A stretch of 64,000 nucleotides of DNA from the NCBI GenBank assembly GCA_046563655.1, contig CM102286.1, forward strand, positions 14,570,001 through 14,634,000. The letters are read 5' to 3'. The notes under the pieces were generated by a model that ran no database searches, had not been told where the DNA came from, and saw only the letters and a list, made by a program, of their open reading frames with translations. The position numbers and the translations under genes are program-made. How positions within the stretch are numbered: position 1 is the stretch's first letter; the number at the start of each line of letters is the position of its first letter. The DNA comes from Yuukianura sp. NJ FZ-2021 (lineage: Eukaryota). Positions 24,581 through 38,684 of this stretch are shown in pieces.

Positions 24581-27500
24581 CTACACTTGCGTCATATTCA
24601 AATTAGCTAGACTTAGGTTATTAAGATTACTGGACTTGAAGAGATCATGGGAGTTGGTTCGTGTTAAGTAGGGCGTTGTTGAGCCAGGATCAAGGAAATT
24701 ATTACAGTACTGCTGCTGCTGAGTGCCCCCCAGTCCGGGGGAGTGCTGGTGGACTGAAGGCTGCAGTGACGACGCCAGCCCCGGACCACCAGAAATTGTT
24801 GATGGACTGCAAATCAAACAAGAATAACTTTTAGAATGACATACAAATCAAAGTTACATTGTCAAAATTTCAAAACTATCACAACTCTCTACTCTCCCAG
24901 TTTCATATCATCCGGAAATTCAACAAGACACAAAACTTCCATGTCACACTATTTTCATTCTGGACTACACAAAGTCTACCAAAACTGACACACAAACCAA
25001 CCCAGACTATTAACCAACTCACACAATTCAATTTTCCAAGAATTTAACCAAAACACCAAAAAATTTACCAGCTTCAAATCTAAACTTCTAAAAAAACAGA
25101 TTTCATTCCATTTCTTAAGATGTTTTCAAAAAATTTCAAGCCCCGTTTGAAAACCTTCGGAAAAAAAGTTTTTAAAAACTTGGAAATTCCATTTCGAAAA
25201 GTCCTTCAAGAAAAAAAGTCAAAAATCTTCAAACATCAAAATTCTCCGAAATCAAAATTCAAAACATCAAAATTCAGCAGTTACATCAAATTCACCCGTT
25301 TTTGGCAAAATCTATTCAGATTCTGCAAACTTTTTGTTATTTCGTCCAATGAACAGTAAAACCCGCGTTCCCAAAACACCGAAAAGTCATGGCAGCCTCA
25401 TTTGTTGGCAAATGAATCACATCAAGTGCCTATTCATCAGACGCATTCGGGCATGGTGGTGACCACCATTCTGATGGTGGTGCAATTCAAAATCCTTCTT
25501 TTTAGTACTTAAAAACTCCTTCTGCGCAGCAACGGGCACCAAGTTCTTTGTGCTCCAACGCTTTAATGCTCGCAGTACTTCCAAGTACCTCCCTATTAAA
25601 AACCTGCTCTCACTTTGACTAACTCGGAATAATAAGAAAAAAGTGGAGCCTAGAGCTAAAATTACTATATATAAACCCCCGTTCACTCCCCGCTTCTTTC
25701 AAAAAGCAAGAAAGAACATACTTCGTTCCGGTCGTGAGATTTCTTAATCAAATTTTTTCCTACCTCTTTTCTTCCTTCAGATTCAACAATTTTTTCATCC
25801 CCAACTACAAAATCCATCCCTCCGTACTTTCAAAACTCAAAACTTTCAAACTTGAGCTTCTTAAAAAACTTTTCCAAGTTTATACACAGCAGCAGCTCCC
25901 TTTTCCACCCTCCCTTCTTCCGAAACGGGGCACAAAATCCCTACAAACAGAACGGAAGGGGGATGAAGTCACTTCTTCCCCTTACATTTTCTTACAACTA
26001 AAAAACTCACTTTATAAACTTCAAAAAACACAACTTCCAAAAAAAAACTTCAAAAAAGTTCTCCCGTCATCTCAAAATTGACTCAGAAAATCTCCTAATT
26101 CCGCCCGGACATGCTCCGTTATACCGTAAACCTGGAATTTATCCACGCGCAATCAAAAATGGACACTTAAGGCACAAAAAATCTCTTTCAAAAAAAAATT
26201 CAAAAAACTCTTTTCAAAATCTCATCCATTCTAAGATCTTCTAAGATTCCAAAATGTTTTTGATCATGATCCACGCTTTCCTTTCCGCACGACAGAGTCT
26301 CCCAGAGGAAATCACACCACGGCCACCACACAAACTTCCTTTCTACCGCCTAACCACCAGCATATTCCTCAAAATGCTGTTCAGAAAGCATTAAACTTCA
26401 ATTTCTGGCAAGTATTTTCCAAGTTCTTTGTTCCTTCCACAGTCTCCGTTCCGCTATTCAGTTTCAGTCACTTTCAATGCCAAGGATTCGGTGTCTTAGG
26501 CACGAGGCTTCATCTTCTACTCCTAACTCTCCTACTCACTTATTATTTATGAAATTTTTCCAATATTTTTTTAACAGCTCCAACTTGAAAGCTTTCTGTA
26601 CCCCTCCTTAACTCTTCCATTTTCAACCTCCTCCCCTTCATTCAAATTCAAAAAACAACTTTTCTAAAAGTTTGGGGAAAAAATTACCCTAAATCCTCGC
26701 ATATAGCGCTCATTGTGTATATCGCGCACCAGAAACTTATGATTTCTCTCACAAACACTCTGTAAAATTAAATCTGAAAATGTATTGGCTAAGTTATTGT
26801 AAATAATTATAACCGTCATATAATTTATTATAATTATACGACTTTCCGAATTATAATTATTATAATTATATTGATAATTGTAATTCGGAAAGTCGTATAA
26901 TTATAATAAATTATTATAATTATATGAAATATTGTAGAAATTATAGAAATATTTCTTTTTCTTGTTCTACTCGAAAAAAACATTAGATAGCCCGCGCACT
27001 ATATGCGAGGATTTAGGGTATTTCCAGAAAATAAATTTTTTAGGATGTTGTAGACACAAGGGAGAGTAGAGTAGGGCATTAAAATGAACATAAAATAAGT
27101 TTTAAAGACTCACCATCTCATCTTGTGCTCTCCGCCTCCACCGCCGCCGCCACCGTCAGCATTCTTCCACAGATTGGACTCCTTGAACTTATTGACAACG
27201 ACCAGTTTCCCATCATTTTCGTCATTCTGCAACCGCACAATCTCATCTTCCCTCCTCTTCTCCTTTTCTCTCTTCCGTTTGAGCACAATGATGAAACTGA
27301 CAGCAAATATGATGCCCAAAGGAACTGACAATGAGCCCAAGACGACCAGGATGAGATGCTCTGAACTCAGCTCCGTCTCCACTTCTTTGAGGAGTGACAG
27401 TGTGTAGGTTGCATTGGCCACTGAGCAGTCCCGTCCACTCCACTCCGGCTTGCAGAGACATGTTTCGTTTCTACAGAGACCTCCATTGAGACACTTTGGA

Positions 27501-30500
27501 CAGGAAGTGGAGGGTGACAAGGGGTGACATAAGGGCCCACTGGATCCATCCGGACATGCGCAGGACTTGGAGGCCTCTATGCATGTGGCACCATTTGGAC
27601 AGGGTGAGGAGGCGCAGAACGGCAGTCGACAGTCGGGAGCTAGCGTTGACGGTGGGCAAAGACAAACTCCGGAGCTACATGTCCCGCCTGTCATGAAAAA
27701 ACACAACAAAAATGTAATTAGAAACTTGATCATCACTTAACGTCAATTAACAACACAAAAAACTTTCAATTAACAAAAAAAAACTAAGTTTTTGTATTAC
27801 TGTTCACTTTTTCCCGAGCAAATTCACCCTGAAGCAAATAATTAAGCTGTCGTTTCAATTTGTCTTTGTCAGTTTAAAAAAAAAGTTAGTTGAATTTTTT
27901 CTTTCCAAACTGAAATCAACCGCGCCGTCATCTTTATTTCTCATAATAATTGAATTTGCTCGTTATTTGTCTCCCTTGCTCAAATATCAACATTAAAAAA
28001 CTTTAAAAAGACGAAGATCATTGCTTTGAGTCAACCACTTAAAAGCAAAACAAATAAAAGTTTATCAAAAAGTCAACATTTGATTTTAAACTTGAGATCA
28101 ACACAGAAAAGCGACACTCTCACCCTTCTCTTTCCCACAAAAGAACAAATAAAATAGTCTTTCAACTTCAAAAACTTTGAGCAACTTTTTAAAACTTTGA
28201 ACAACTTTTTTTTAAACTCACCGTTCAAACAAGTGAAGTTCTCACCACAAATTTTCTTTGTGGGATCATCTCCTCCGCCTGTGGAACTGCAGTCTGCACT
28301 CGTACAATTTCCGTTACTTTCTCCAGAGCAGTCGACTCCAGTCCATCCTCCAGTGCAGGAACAAGTGTAACTCCCTTGTCCAGTATTGAAACAAATCCCA
28401 TCATTTTTACATGGTTTGTGATTGGTACAGTAGTTTAAATCCTGGTTGCAGAACAGACCACCCCAACCTTCCTCACATTCACACTGCCATGGAATTGTGC
28501 ATGACCCATGCTTGCATCCTGGATATGTTTGACATTGAGAGCACTGTGGTCCAGTGTAGCCCAGGGAGCAGGAACAAGTATTCGGAGCAGTACACGTTCC
28601 ATGAAGGCACGGCGGGTTACAAGTTGCTGAAAAACAGAAGAAAAGCAAAAATTTAGAAAAAATTTGCATAATTTCTATTAAAAAGTACAAAATTTCCCAT
28701 GAAAAGTACAAAATTTCCCATAAAAAGTGCAAAGTTTCCATTACAAAATACAAAATTTTCATAAAAAACAACAGTAAGTTCTAAAAAGTTCAAAGTTGGA
28801 ATTAATCAATACTTTGTTCCGTTATCAAATAGAAAAAAATTCAAACAATTGCTTTTACTCAACCCTCCCGCTGTCCCTGTCCAAGCACTGACGCATCCAG
28901 GCCACCTGGAATTGCCATTTACAGTACCCCCTCCCCTTAAGTCCCATTAAGAGGGGGGACTTAAGGGATGGGGGCACGATTTGAAATTTATTCCCAATCT
29001 CGATTGAAAACGGACAACAAAACTTAAGCTTCGGCAGGAAACGAAAAACATGAAATCTAAATCCCAGTCCTTGTCAAACATTCAAAAAACGGCTTCCGAA
29101 GTTTGATTTTTGAAAACTCCCGCTCCGGGCACTTTGAAATCGGAAACCACTAACCCTCTCTTCCCACAGCATCTCATAAATCTTCATTCATTTCCAGCCT
29201 TCACTTTAAAATTCATAGTCACAAACTAAAAAACACAAAGTACTATTTGAGCGACATTGAAACAAAAATCAAGTCAGACAAACAGGCAATTCCCTTACCA
29301 ATCTCAACAACTTCCAAAAGTCAAACTTAAGTTTCATTCAATTCAACACAAAAAAGTAACATAAAAAACATAACCTAACAAAAATTACAATGGTCACTTC
29401 CTGTCTCTGCTCTTGAACTCTGAGAAACTAAACTTTTAACATCCAACAACTTTAGACAACTTTTGTATTTCAGTCTCAATTCAATTGAAATTCATAATTC
29501 ACATGTCCACAACTTCCCACAATGTTACTCCACGCCTATTACTCCTTCAACAACACAAAAACCATGTGTACATTTTAACACAACTTTTTTCAAAAACTAA
29601 GAAAAAAGTACAAAAATCACTTTTTACCCAAAAACATCTTTCCTCAAAAGCCAAAAAACTTAAGAAAAAGCAACAGATGAAAAAAAAAGCAAAGCTCTTC
29701 ACACACCCCTCGCATCTTCCATCTGTTTCACAAACCACGCGAAACTAAATTTGTCAAAAACCTACCCCAAAACCCCAACCTACCTCAAAACCAACCCAGT
29801 TTTTAAGCTTTTCTTTTTCAAAAACTTTTTTTTTGTTTTAAAAAAGTACTTTTTGACTTTTTAAAGCCAAGAAGTTTCCTCCGTCCTCCGCCGGCGGCAG
29901 AGGTTAAGAGATCACACAGGGCGTAACCCAATCCCAGAGCAGAGTGAAGATGATGATCTTTAAAACAAGAAATTGTAACCCACATGATCATCACATGGCA
30001 AAGGTTAAGTACTCAAACTAAAAAAAAACACTAAAAAACCATATATTTCTTAAGCCCTGTTTACACTCCCGCGCTTTCTTTTTCACTCCTTCTAAGGAAA
30101 AAAGAAAAAGTCATCACGTTTTGGTCAAAGTCGAGAGTTGTTGGTTAAAAATCACTAAAAAGTGAAAAGAAATCACCAAAACTAAAAAGAAATCACTAAA
30201 AAGAACTTTTTAAAAATCTAAAGCCTTCTTCACACTATTTTTTAACATCCAAAAAAAGAAATGGTGAACATAACACCAAAGTGACAGATGAAAGCGTCAT
30301 ATTTTGTAGGGAGCCTTATTTACGTCTCCCTTCCATAAAACTTTCATGTGCTCTCGTAGTTGTAAAACTTTAAATCTTCCCTCTCAAAGAGTCCCTTTTG
30401 GTCATTTCCCATGGATCTACTATTACTATGTATAGTAAGCCTTCATACTCACAACCATAGAAATCCAGTTGTCGCGTGCCAAAAAATTTGAAACCACCGA

Positions 30501-33500
30501 AATCCTCTAGGCCCTTTTTACAAAACCCAACTAGGAGAGCCCTTATAACCAAATGTAAGGGCCCCCTTCTCTGTTTTTGGCCTGTTGCATCTGCTCTTTC
30601 GGATTTTTATGAATGGAAATGCCCTTATTCCCCGAACTGAGAAAAACATATGCTTTTGCATTCGGTTTTAAGGAAGTACCATCTGCCCTACCATGCCCAT
30701 AGTCTGCTCAACAGCTACCACCGGAGCCCTTAGCTAGCAGGGCCTTATAGGAGGGCCCTTAACTGTTTGGCCTTACAGGGCCCTTGGCCCTTGTGATCTG
30801 CCATCCGTTTCAATCCTCAATCCAGATGGTTCCGTTCCCCGGTATCAACAAGCAGCCGGCCTGCCATCATGCCGTCAGATGCAACAAGAAATCCGATAGA
30901 ATCGCACTTTTCAGCGTAGCAGAAAGCAGAAACAATGAATTTTTTTTTGAAATTTCAAACATCAATCAAGCCATCCTGCTGTGCTGTCGCACTTTTGCAA
31001 TTTCAGAACCATATGCAACTGTGGCACGCGTATGGCTGTGTGCACGGGGCTTAACGTCAATTAAAAATCTAAAATTAGCTGTTCATTTTCTCCTGCTAAA
31101 CAAAAACTGTCAATTTAAAATTTGTAAGTAAAAAGGTGTGAAAATCAATTTAAACCAGACGACAACATGTCTTTTGCTTTTTTTCAACAAAAACTGCCGA
31201 AACTAATGTTACGGTATGGCAGTTTCTTGTTTTTCCCCTTTTCTACCTAATTACAACTGGTACTTGAAAAGTACGTCGCATTTTAGGAATCGGATGAGAG
31301 ATTTTCCTTAAAACTAAAAAGTTTTCAGAAAAAAAAATTAGACAGGACGCCAGGCACACGAAAACACTCACGCAAGCAGCAGCCGGAAGGAATTATTACT
31401 TATTCCAAGTATCCTCCATATCCATGTTAATTCTGGACAAAAACGAACCGCAACTTCAAAATGAACCAAAATTACTTTCTACTAAAAGCAAAAGCGTATG
31501 GCGCTAAAACTCAAACTTTTAGTAAACACGGACATTCCTCGAGTCTGATTTAGTTATGATAATTGCGCTCTAAAACTCTCCAGCTTTTCCACTCCAAATC
31601 CAAAGAACGTAAAAAAATACTTTCAAAATTTCAGTAAACCAAAATTTAAATTTTGATCCCAACATTCCTTCCCGCTTCCCCTAAATTCTGCATAATTTCT
31701 GGATTTGAATTCTCGCCAAGTAGGTGACGATTAATTAAAGGCGGGAAACTTTGAATTTTGTTGAATTTGAACTTAAAAATCTGTGGAAACTTTGCATTTT
31801 TTTTTGAATTTTGAAGTTAAAAGTCTCACCTTCCATGCAGTACTCTCCGCTCCATCCCTGGTGACACAGAATGTCGCCACTCTCTGAGCAGTTGTAGTGT
31901 CCAAACTTGTCGTCCCTGGACTTGCAGTATCGGTTGCACTCCTCACCGTAGTAATTACTCAAACACACTACACGGTAACTGTAATTAAACGTTTGATTGA
32001 GTGGAGTCGTAAATGTTCGGGCTCTCCAGTTGGGGTCGATGGAGTGCCACTGTTGCATGGCCATTCGAGCGATCAGACCTACAACACATAAAACCCAATT
32101 ACTAACTTTGTCTCTTCTGGAAGGGGGAAGATAAATCGTGGCAACTAAAAAGACGACGAGGCTTATATTATTTTTAAGGAGTGACAACTTAAAACTCAAA
32201 ACTAGACCAAGACTCGTTTTTCAAAATATAACGAAGAGCAAAGGTAGAAATTGTCCCCTAGAGTTCAAAATGTAGTTCAGGTTAATGGAAAAGAGATTTG
32301 GAATTTTGGGTGGCAGGGACAAAGAATTGTCATGTCTTGGAAGGCTCCTTTCCGTGGGAGAGTTTTGGGACAAGGAAACGAGATGTCAAGATCCAGAAGA
32401 AGTAAAGGTAAAATACATGAAACAAAAAAGACAAAGTAAACCGGTCACTTTATAATTTATGGCTCTCTTTTCTCTTACCCGTAGTCTGCTGTGGTCCATT
32501 GTCAATCACATTCCAGGCTTCAATGATTAAGCTGAATGTACCCTGAAATCAAAGTCAAAAGATGAGAGACCTCATTAATCGTTCATAATTGGAACTTATA
32601 AAAAAAATTATACAAATTATAGAATTTATGGCGAATGGTGACGAGACTTCACAAAATTTTTACAATAAATTATGAACCCAACTCTTACTACTAAACTTCA
32701 TTAAACCTTATATAGAATCTGAGGTCGCGATAAATTCTATAATTTCTATAATCTACAAATTCCACAACTTCTAGGATCTATAAATTCTATCATTTCTATA
32801 ATCTGCAAAATCCACAATTTCTATAATCTATAAATTCCATCATTTCTGTAATCTTATAAATTCCGTAATTTCTATACTCTACCATAACTTCTATAATCGT
32901 CATAATTAGTTTATGACGCAAATTAATAACCACTTATTGATGTCGTACTGTTGCTAAAGACTAAAAGTATGACCTAAGGCAATAGTCTTTTAGTCTTGTT
33001 AGTTTAGGTTGGCATGTTGCCCTAATGTAAGAATTTAGCACTATGTCAGTGTCAGTGACTCTCTTAAGCCCATTGACTATAAATTATCTCCTAAGTATAA
33101 GTTGGAAATAAGTGAGCTCTTAAGCTGTAGAGGAAGAGTCGGACGGGATGATGAAGGAACGGAAGTGACGGGCAAAGGAGATTAAGAGCATGATTAAATT
33201 GAGGTTACTTACCGGCCACCGGAACTTGAATTCAAAGTCCCACTGGAGATCTTTGACACTATTGGAATTGATTGGAATAGAGTTGGCTTCACCAATGTAG
33301 CAGGGTCCATCTGAGTCAATACTAATTTGGTAGTTTTTGATACAAACTCGAAAGCGGGTTGAGCAGGGTGAGGAACAATTGGCAGTACAACACAACCTAT
33401 TGTCTAGAACTCCGTTGGGATTTGTGAATGAGTTGAGCTTGATACTGAATCGCCCTCCACTGGAAGCACTGGGTTGTGCACAGAGTGTGATGAAGAACAG

Positions 33501-33563
33501 TGTCACTGCTAATCTTAGGAGTTGACATGACTGGAGTAGTGAAGTTGAGCCAGTGATGGCCAT
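24581..33563 (-). CDS. Dl: Delta (DSL-family Notch ligand)
   Basis: Signal peptide, MNNL domain ([23 protein letters not shown]), DSL domain ([22 protein letters not shown]), DOS/EGF repeats ([23 protein letters not shown]) and one TM segment. No vWC domain. The last exon (24581-24807) joins in frame and ends MTQV*. Confidence 0.92.
26685..27020. mobile_element. MITE with 22-bp terminal inverted repeats in the last Delta intron
   Basis: TACCCTAAATCCTCGCATATAG at 26685 and CTATATGCGAGGATTTAGGGTA ending at 27020. The outer TA may be the target-site duplication. There is also an internal inverted repeat TATACGACTTTCCGAATTA / TAATTCGGAAAGTCGTATA. Confidence 0.8.
28678..28765. repeat. 21-bp tandem repeat, intronic
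   Basis: About four copies of aaaagtacaaaatttcccat. Confidence 0.7.
32728..32900. repeat. ~23-bp degenerate tandem repeat, intronic
   Basis: Units resembling ataaattctataatttctataatct. Confidence 0.65.
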
Positions 33564-36500
33564 GGTTCCTGCTTCGGAAGCGGGTAGTTCTGGACTGAAG
33601 TTGAGAATTGAAGTTGAGGGTAGATACAAGGTGGTAGATGGGAGACAGTAGCCTTAGTTCAGTGCTTGTTGCTCCAGTCAGGAGCATCTGTCTCACTGGG
33701 GATGAAAAGTCTGCTGGTCCGAGGCTGCAGATGGTATACACATGAGACACACAAAACAGCCACTTCCCAATAATGATACGCAGAGATGCAGGGCCGGAAC
33801 GCTCCCAACTGAAAATCATAACAAATCACGTTTTTAGTTTCCTCAAATATTGCTCTTTAACACAAACATTACATTTTCATGTATAAGGCAATTAAATTGC
33901 TAAAGCATTGTAGAAAATTTTGGAAATATCACTAACTCGTAGTACCCTATTTTCTAGCAGGCAGCGTGTTCTCTGCGAGAAAATACGGTATCAGCAAGTA
34001 AAAACTAATCGCAAGTTAATGGAATTCCTCAATTCAATTCAATCATTTCTCAAATTCCTTGTTTGCCAATACCTTTGATTTTGCTGATTTAAACTTGCAA
34101 TAAGATTGAGTCAGCTACAATCACTGGTAAAAACGAATGATTTCGAAAGCCATTGATTTGAAATTAAAGAAATTGATATTCCTGCTCTGTAGTAGATAAA
34201 ATACTAATTAATAATTAAAACTTAACTTGGGAATAATCTCTAACGTCACATTGGAAATATTTTTCAATGCAAGTCACTCAAATTACTCTCAAAAGCAAAA
34301 AGTTCCATGAGCAATCCAGCGAGTGATGCAGACCAGCTGACCTGTGACCCAAGATTACATTTATAATAATTTATCAACAACTTTGCAAATAAACGTGTCA
34401 AAATACACACACTCACTCACACAACTTCTTCCTACTTTTAAAGCAAAAGCAAAGCAGAGCATTGATTATTTGTAAGGGTAGGGGGCCCTTAAGTGCCCGT
34501 GCCGGCCCTGCAGTGTCTTGAAAGTTATAGGGAGTACTTAGGGGTTTGTGGGTCGTAGTTTGCAGCTGCTTTAAAGCTTCTTGAGTGGTGTTCGTAGTAA
34601 GAAGCTGCTGTTTGGCCGTTTCCTCTTCGGAAGGAGCTGCTGCTGGGACCTTGGGAAAAAAGAAGCCATGCTCTACAGGATGCAGGCAGCACAAAAAAAC
34701 AACATCCTTGGCTGCCTCCACTTAAACTCAAGCGGGCAACAAGAAACTTCCATGTGGCTCTGCAGTACTAAAAAGTAAAGGGTTGAATTCTACGTTGACA
34801 AAGTCATCTTCCATGATAGAAGTTCTATCAATCCATGTCACACATCATATCAGTCTCCAACTCCCTCCAAACGACACAATCATTCTACTCAATGAACCGC
34901 AAATTAAAGATTTGCACAGCAGTTAACAACGTACAAGCAAAAAATTGGAACAAAAAATACCGAGTCAATGAGTTGTCAATCGCAGCGGCAAGATTCAACT
35001 TCTTCAACTCGAGATTGCGCTGAATTCGCAGCAATATTCTTCCCAGTATCCAGCGATATACTTCCAAGTATCCAGCAATATGCTTCCAAGTATCCAACGA
35101 TACTTTTAGTTAGTGTTGGGTGTAACTTTGTGAGTTTAATGTGCTGGGAACGAAGCACTTTGAGGTCGTTGAAAAGCAGCGCTTGACGAGTCACTTGTTG
35201 ATTGGAGTAGAACGGGAGCTTAATTTGACTTGAAGTCTCGCCTCTTCATCTTGATTAGGAAACTGATAAGATTCACCTGATTAGTGGCACTACAAACAAA
35301 AAGAGAGAGAAAATTATGACTTTTCTCGGAGTAGTTAATAAAAGTTTTAAAAGGCCGTGGGGAATGAGTTCGTAGTCTCCCACAGTAAACAAGCCGGAGG
35401 GATGAAGTTGTGTAAAAGAGACAAGCACATGGGAATTATTTGAGAGATGGGAGTGGATCTTACACAAGCAAAAGTGGAAATGAATGACAACAACAAGTAA
35501 GCAGAGCAGAAGTGGCTTCTGACTATGTACTTCGTCATGACCTGTGGGAGTCAAAACGGGTTAATGGCAGAGTATATCGACTAAAACACTAAGACTAGAA
35601 GCTGAAGTGGCCAGAAGCAGAAGGTTAGCGTTGTTGGATGTTCGCAAAACCAAAAACTTCTTGGAAGTTGTTCACTTGAGCATTGAAGACGGTGAATGAG
35701 TGACACGCGACCAGGCGAGACCAATATCAAACTCCAAGGGGCCGCTGACGATAGTAAAGTTACAGTAAATGGTCCACTGACGATGACGTTCCTTAAGGGC
35801 ATCTGGGTACTTCAGTTTTAGATGATGTGATATGACTTTTGTACTTTTGGTTAGTGTCCAAGCAGTGGATGTTAGTTGGCCCGGATAAAAGTGGTGCGCA
35901 CATAGCCGTGACTAACCATCACATCGTCGCAGTTGGAAAGACGAGGGTGGAATGGCACTCATTCAAAAAACATTTATAAAAATGTAATCCTCGAATCTTA
36001 TTTTTGTTATTAAAGCTGCACATACTTGCAAGTTAGGTCGGCATCTTCTACTTTTTGGTCTTGACTTGACAGGAGCAGCAGAGATTATTTGAAGAATCTT
36101 GAATTTTGAGTTTCCTGATCCACGAACCACGATAAAGAGGATGATGAGAAGATGAGCTGATGGGAGGTGAATTAAATCTTATTAATGTGATTCCAAGATC
36201 ATGTTAGAGGTACTTTGGAAGGAATAAAGAATAAGTTATGAGAATAGATCTAAGTTATGATGGGTTAGTAGGATAGTACAACGGCACCAATCCTCAGCAG
36301 CCAAGAATAACAACAGGTAAGCTTAGTAAAAATGTATGAAGAAGAGGGGAGCCTTTTCCCTTCGTCACTTCTGAAGTACCCAACCGTGGAAGAAGATTCA
36401 AAAAGCAAAAGATGAAGCATTTGGGAAAAGTAGGGAAGCCAAAAGCAACTGGTATCCCTTAAGTCTCCCTGATTCTTGATTCTTTGAGAACCACGACTTC

Positions 36501-38309
36501 CCATAAATTTTCCGATCTTCCACAGCCCTGACTTACTCTACCTTGACGGAGTAGTACTTACCCAGTACTTGCAAGTACTACGCAGTATGTTAGAAGTTGC
36601 TCTCACACCGATGTTCAGGAACTACTCGTCCACCTCCACGGAGTCAACTAATAAGCCAAAATGGGAGGAGATCCAAAGGTAAGTTTTTAAGGCCCGTCTA
36701 CGGTATAATAACAATAACTGCTTCTGTTTTTATCCTTACCTTTTTCGGAGTTAGAGGCTGGCAAGACGAGCCTCTTTTCCCCTCATCTTTTTGTCCAGGA
36801 TAATCATCATTTCATTATGGACGAGAAAATACTCCTGAGAAGATGATGACCTTCGCCCTGTTCAAGGTACCTCTGTCCAAGGGCCCTTCCTACATACATA
36901 CATGGGATTAAACAAAAAACAAAAGAAAACTTAGGAAAAAAGGAGCCCTTGATTCAAGGGTCGTGAATGAAGTCTCTCACGAGTAATGAGAATCCGTTGA
37001 AATTCAATCTAAAACAAAAGATTCTTACCAAAGATTGGTTCGAAGGGACTTGAAACGTACCAAAAGCTTACCAAAGATGAGAAGCAAATCAATTAATTGG
37101 TTTGATGATTAATCGATTGATGAAGTCAACAAAAACAGCAAGAACAATTTCAATTTATGGAAAGACGCAATTTCTCTTGTCATCTCCCTCTTTTCTCCTT
37201 TGTCTTTTGTCTCTTTTTTCCCTCTTTTTGGTTGGAGTACGGTTTAATTATTGTCATTGTAGCCGCACACTGTAGCCCCTTCGCCCGCCCAACTTCTACG
37301 ACTGCAATAGATGGCTGCACATAATGGCAACATTTGTAGCCAAAGAAAATACATCAAAGCTAAAGCAAATCTTACCTAAATCTAACATGTGTAGCCACCC
37401 GCGACCTGCTGCAGCCACAAAGTGGCGTCACCGTGTGGGTACAATTACGACCGTTAAACCGTACTCCAACCCTTTTTTCTCTTGTCACCTTTTTTTTCTC
37501 AAGTGAGAGATCTCATTTTGAGGACGCTACTTTCTCCCGCGAAATTCAAAATCTTCTGGGAAATTCAAAATCTCATGCCGATTTCAAAATGTCTAACGTT
37601 CGATTTTATTACTTTTTGTTAAGATTTATACAAACTTAAATAATTATTCTTTTTACAAGTTAATTAATTATTACTATTAGGTTAATAATTATTGGCAAGT
37701 TGATTTCTTTTACTAATTAACTAAAATCTAATTAACTACTACAAGTATGAACATCTCTCTTCTAAATTTTTGATTCTTTGAGACAAAATTTAAGACACAC
37801 CGCATTCTAAATTAAGACAATCGTGTCGTCGTCGTGATTACTCCTCTTGGACGCCTATTTTTTCCCGCTCTGGGAAGTACCCATACTGCGCATGCCTAAT
37901 TTCCACTGGCATTCTACCCTAACAAACATTCCCAATTCAACGATAAGTCACCAGGTAAGTCCAGTGTATGTGAAAAATTCTTCGTTTCACTAATTAAAAG
38001 TGGATTTCCTGGACATGGTGCCATAAAGTAGACCGCACGACGCAGTCCGTTAGCAACCACATCATGCTCGAAAACTTTTTCTCAAGAGGCTTGAATTTCA
38101 TCTTTTCTTTCCGCCAACCTTTAAAACTTGACTGTTTTTAACAATAGAAAACGTTTTTTTAAGGAGTCGAGGTGTTGAAAAGAGTCGTCCACTTATGAAC
38201 TAGCAACTGAAGCACCAACACTTCACAAAAAAGTGTTTTCTCACAAGTCATTATGACCTTAAACTGAATTTTTTGGACTCAAGTTGGTACCGTTCTTAAC
38301 TTTTTTTTC

Positions 38310-38452
38310 AAAACCGCCCGCCCTTAACTTTTATCAACTGCCCGCCCGTTTTTTTTTAAAACTGCCCGCTTTTAATATTTTAACTGCCCGCCCGTCCTTA
38401 ACTTATGCCCGCCCGTCATTAACTTTTTAAATGCCCGCCCGTCCTTAACTTT
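38310..38452. repeat. Tandem GCCCGCCC-containing repeat
   Basis: About six units of (t/a)gcccgcccg..ttaactttt. Confidence 0.7.
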
Positions 38453-38471
38453 TTTCCTACCTGTTTTTGTC

Positions 38472-38684
38472 TCTATACTAAAAAAAGTGAACTGTCGTCT
38501 GTCTGTCCGTCATGCGTGACTAAACTTGTGTCCAATTTTGGTTCTTGAGGTCCTTAAAGTCGTCACTGATCGTTTCCTAAGTACTTGACTATTGTCTGAT
38601 CAACTCCCCTTTGGTCAGGTATTCAAAAAAAGAGCGGGAATTTCAAAGTCAGTTATAACGAGGAGCAGACGACGGTAAATCTAG
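38472..38684 (+). mobile_element. Putative non-autonomous Helitron
   Basis: Starts TCTATACTAAAA, followed by a (GTCT)n-like tract, and ends with a GC-rich segment then CTAG|T. The hairpin is imperfect and the 5' flank is not A. Confidence 0.35.
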
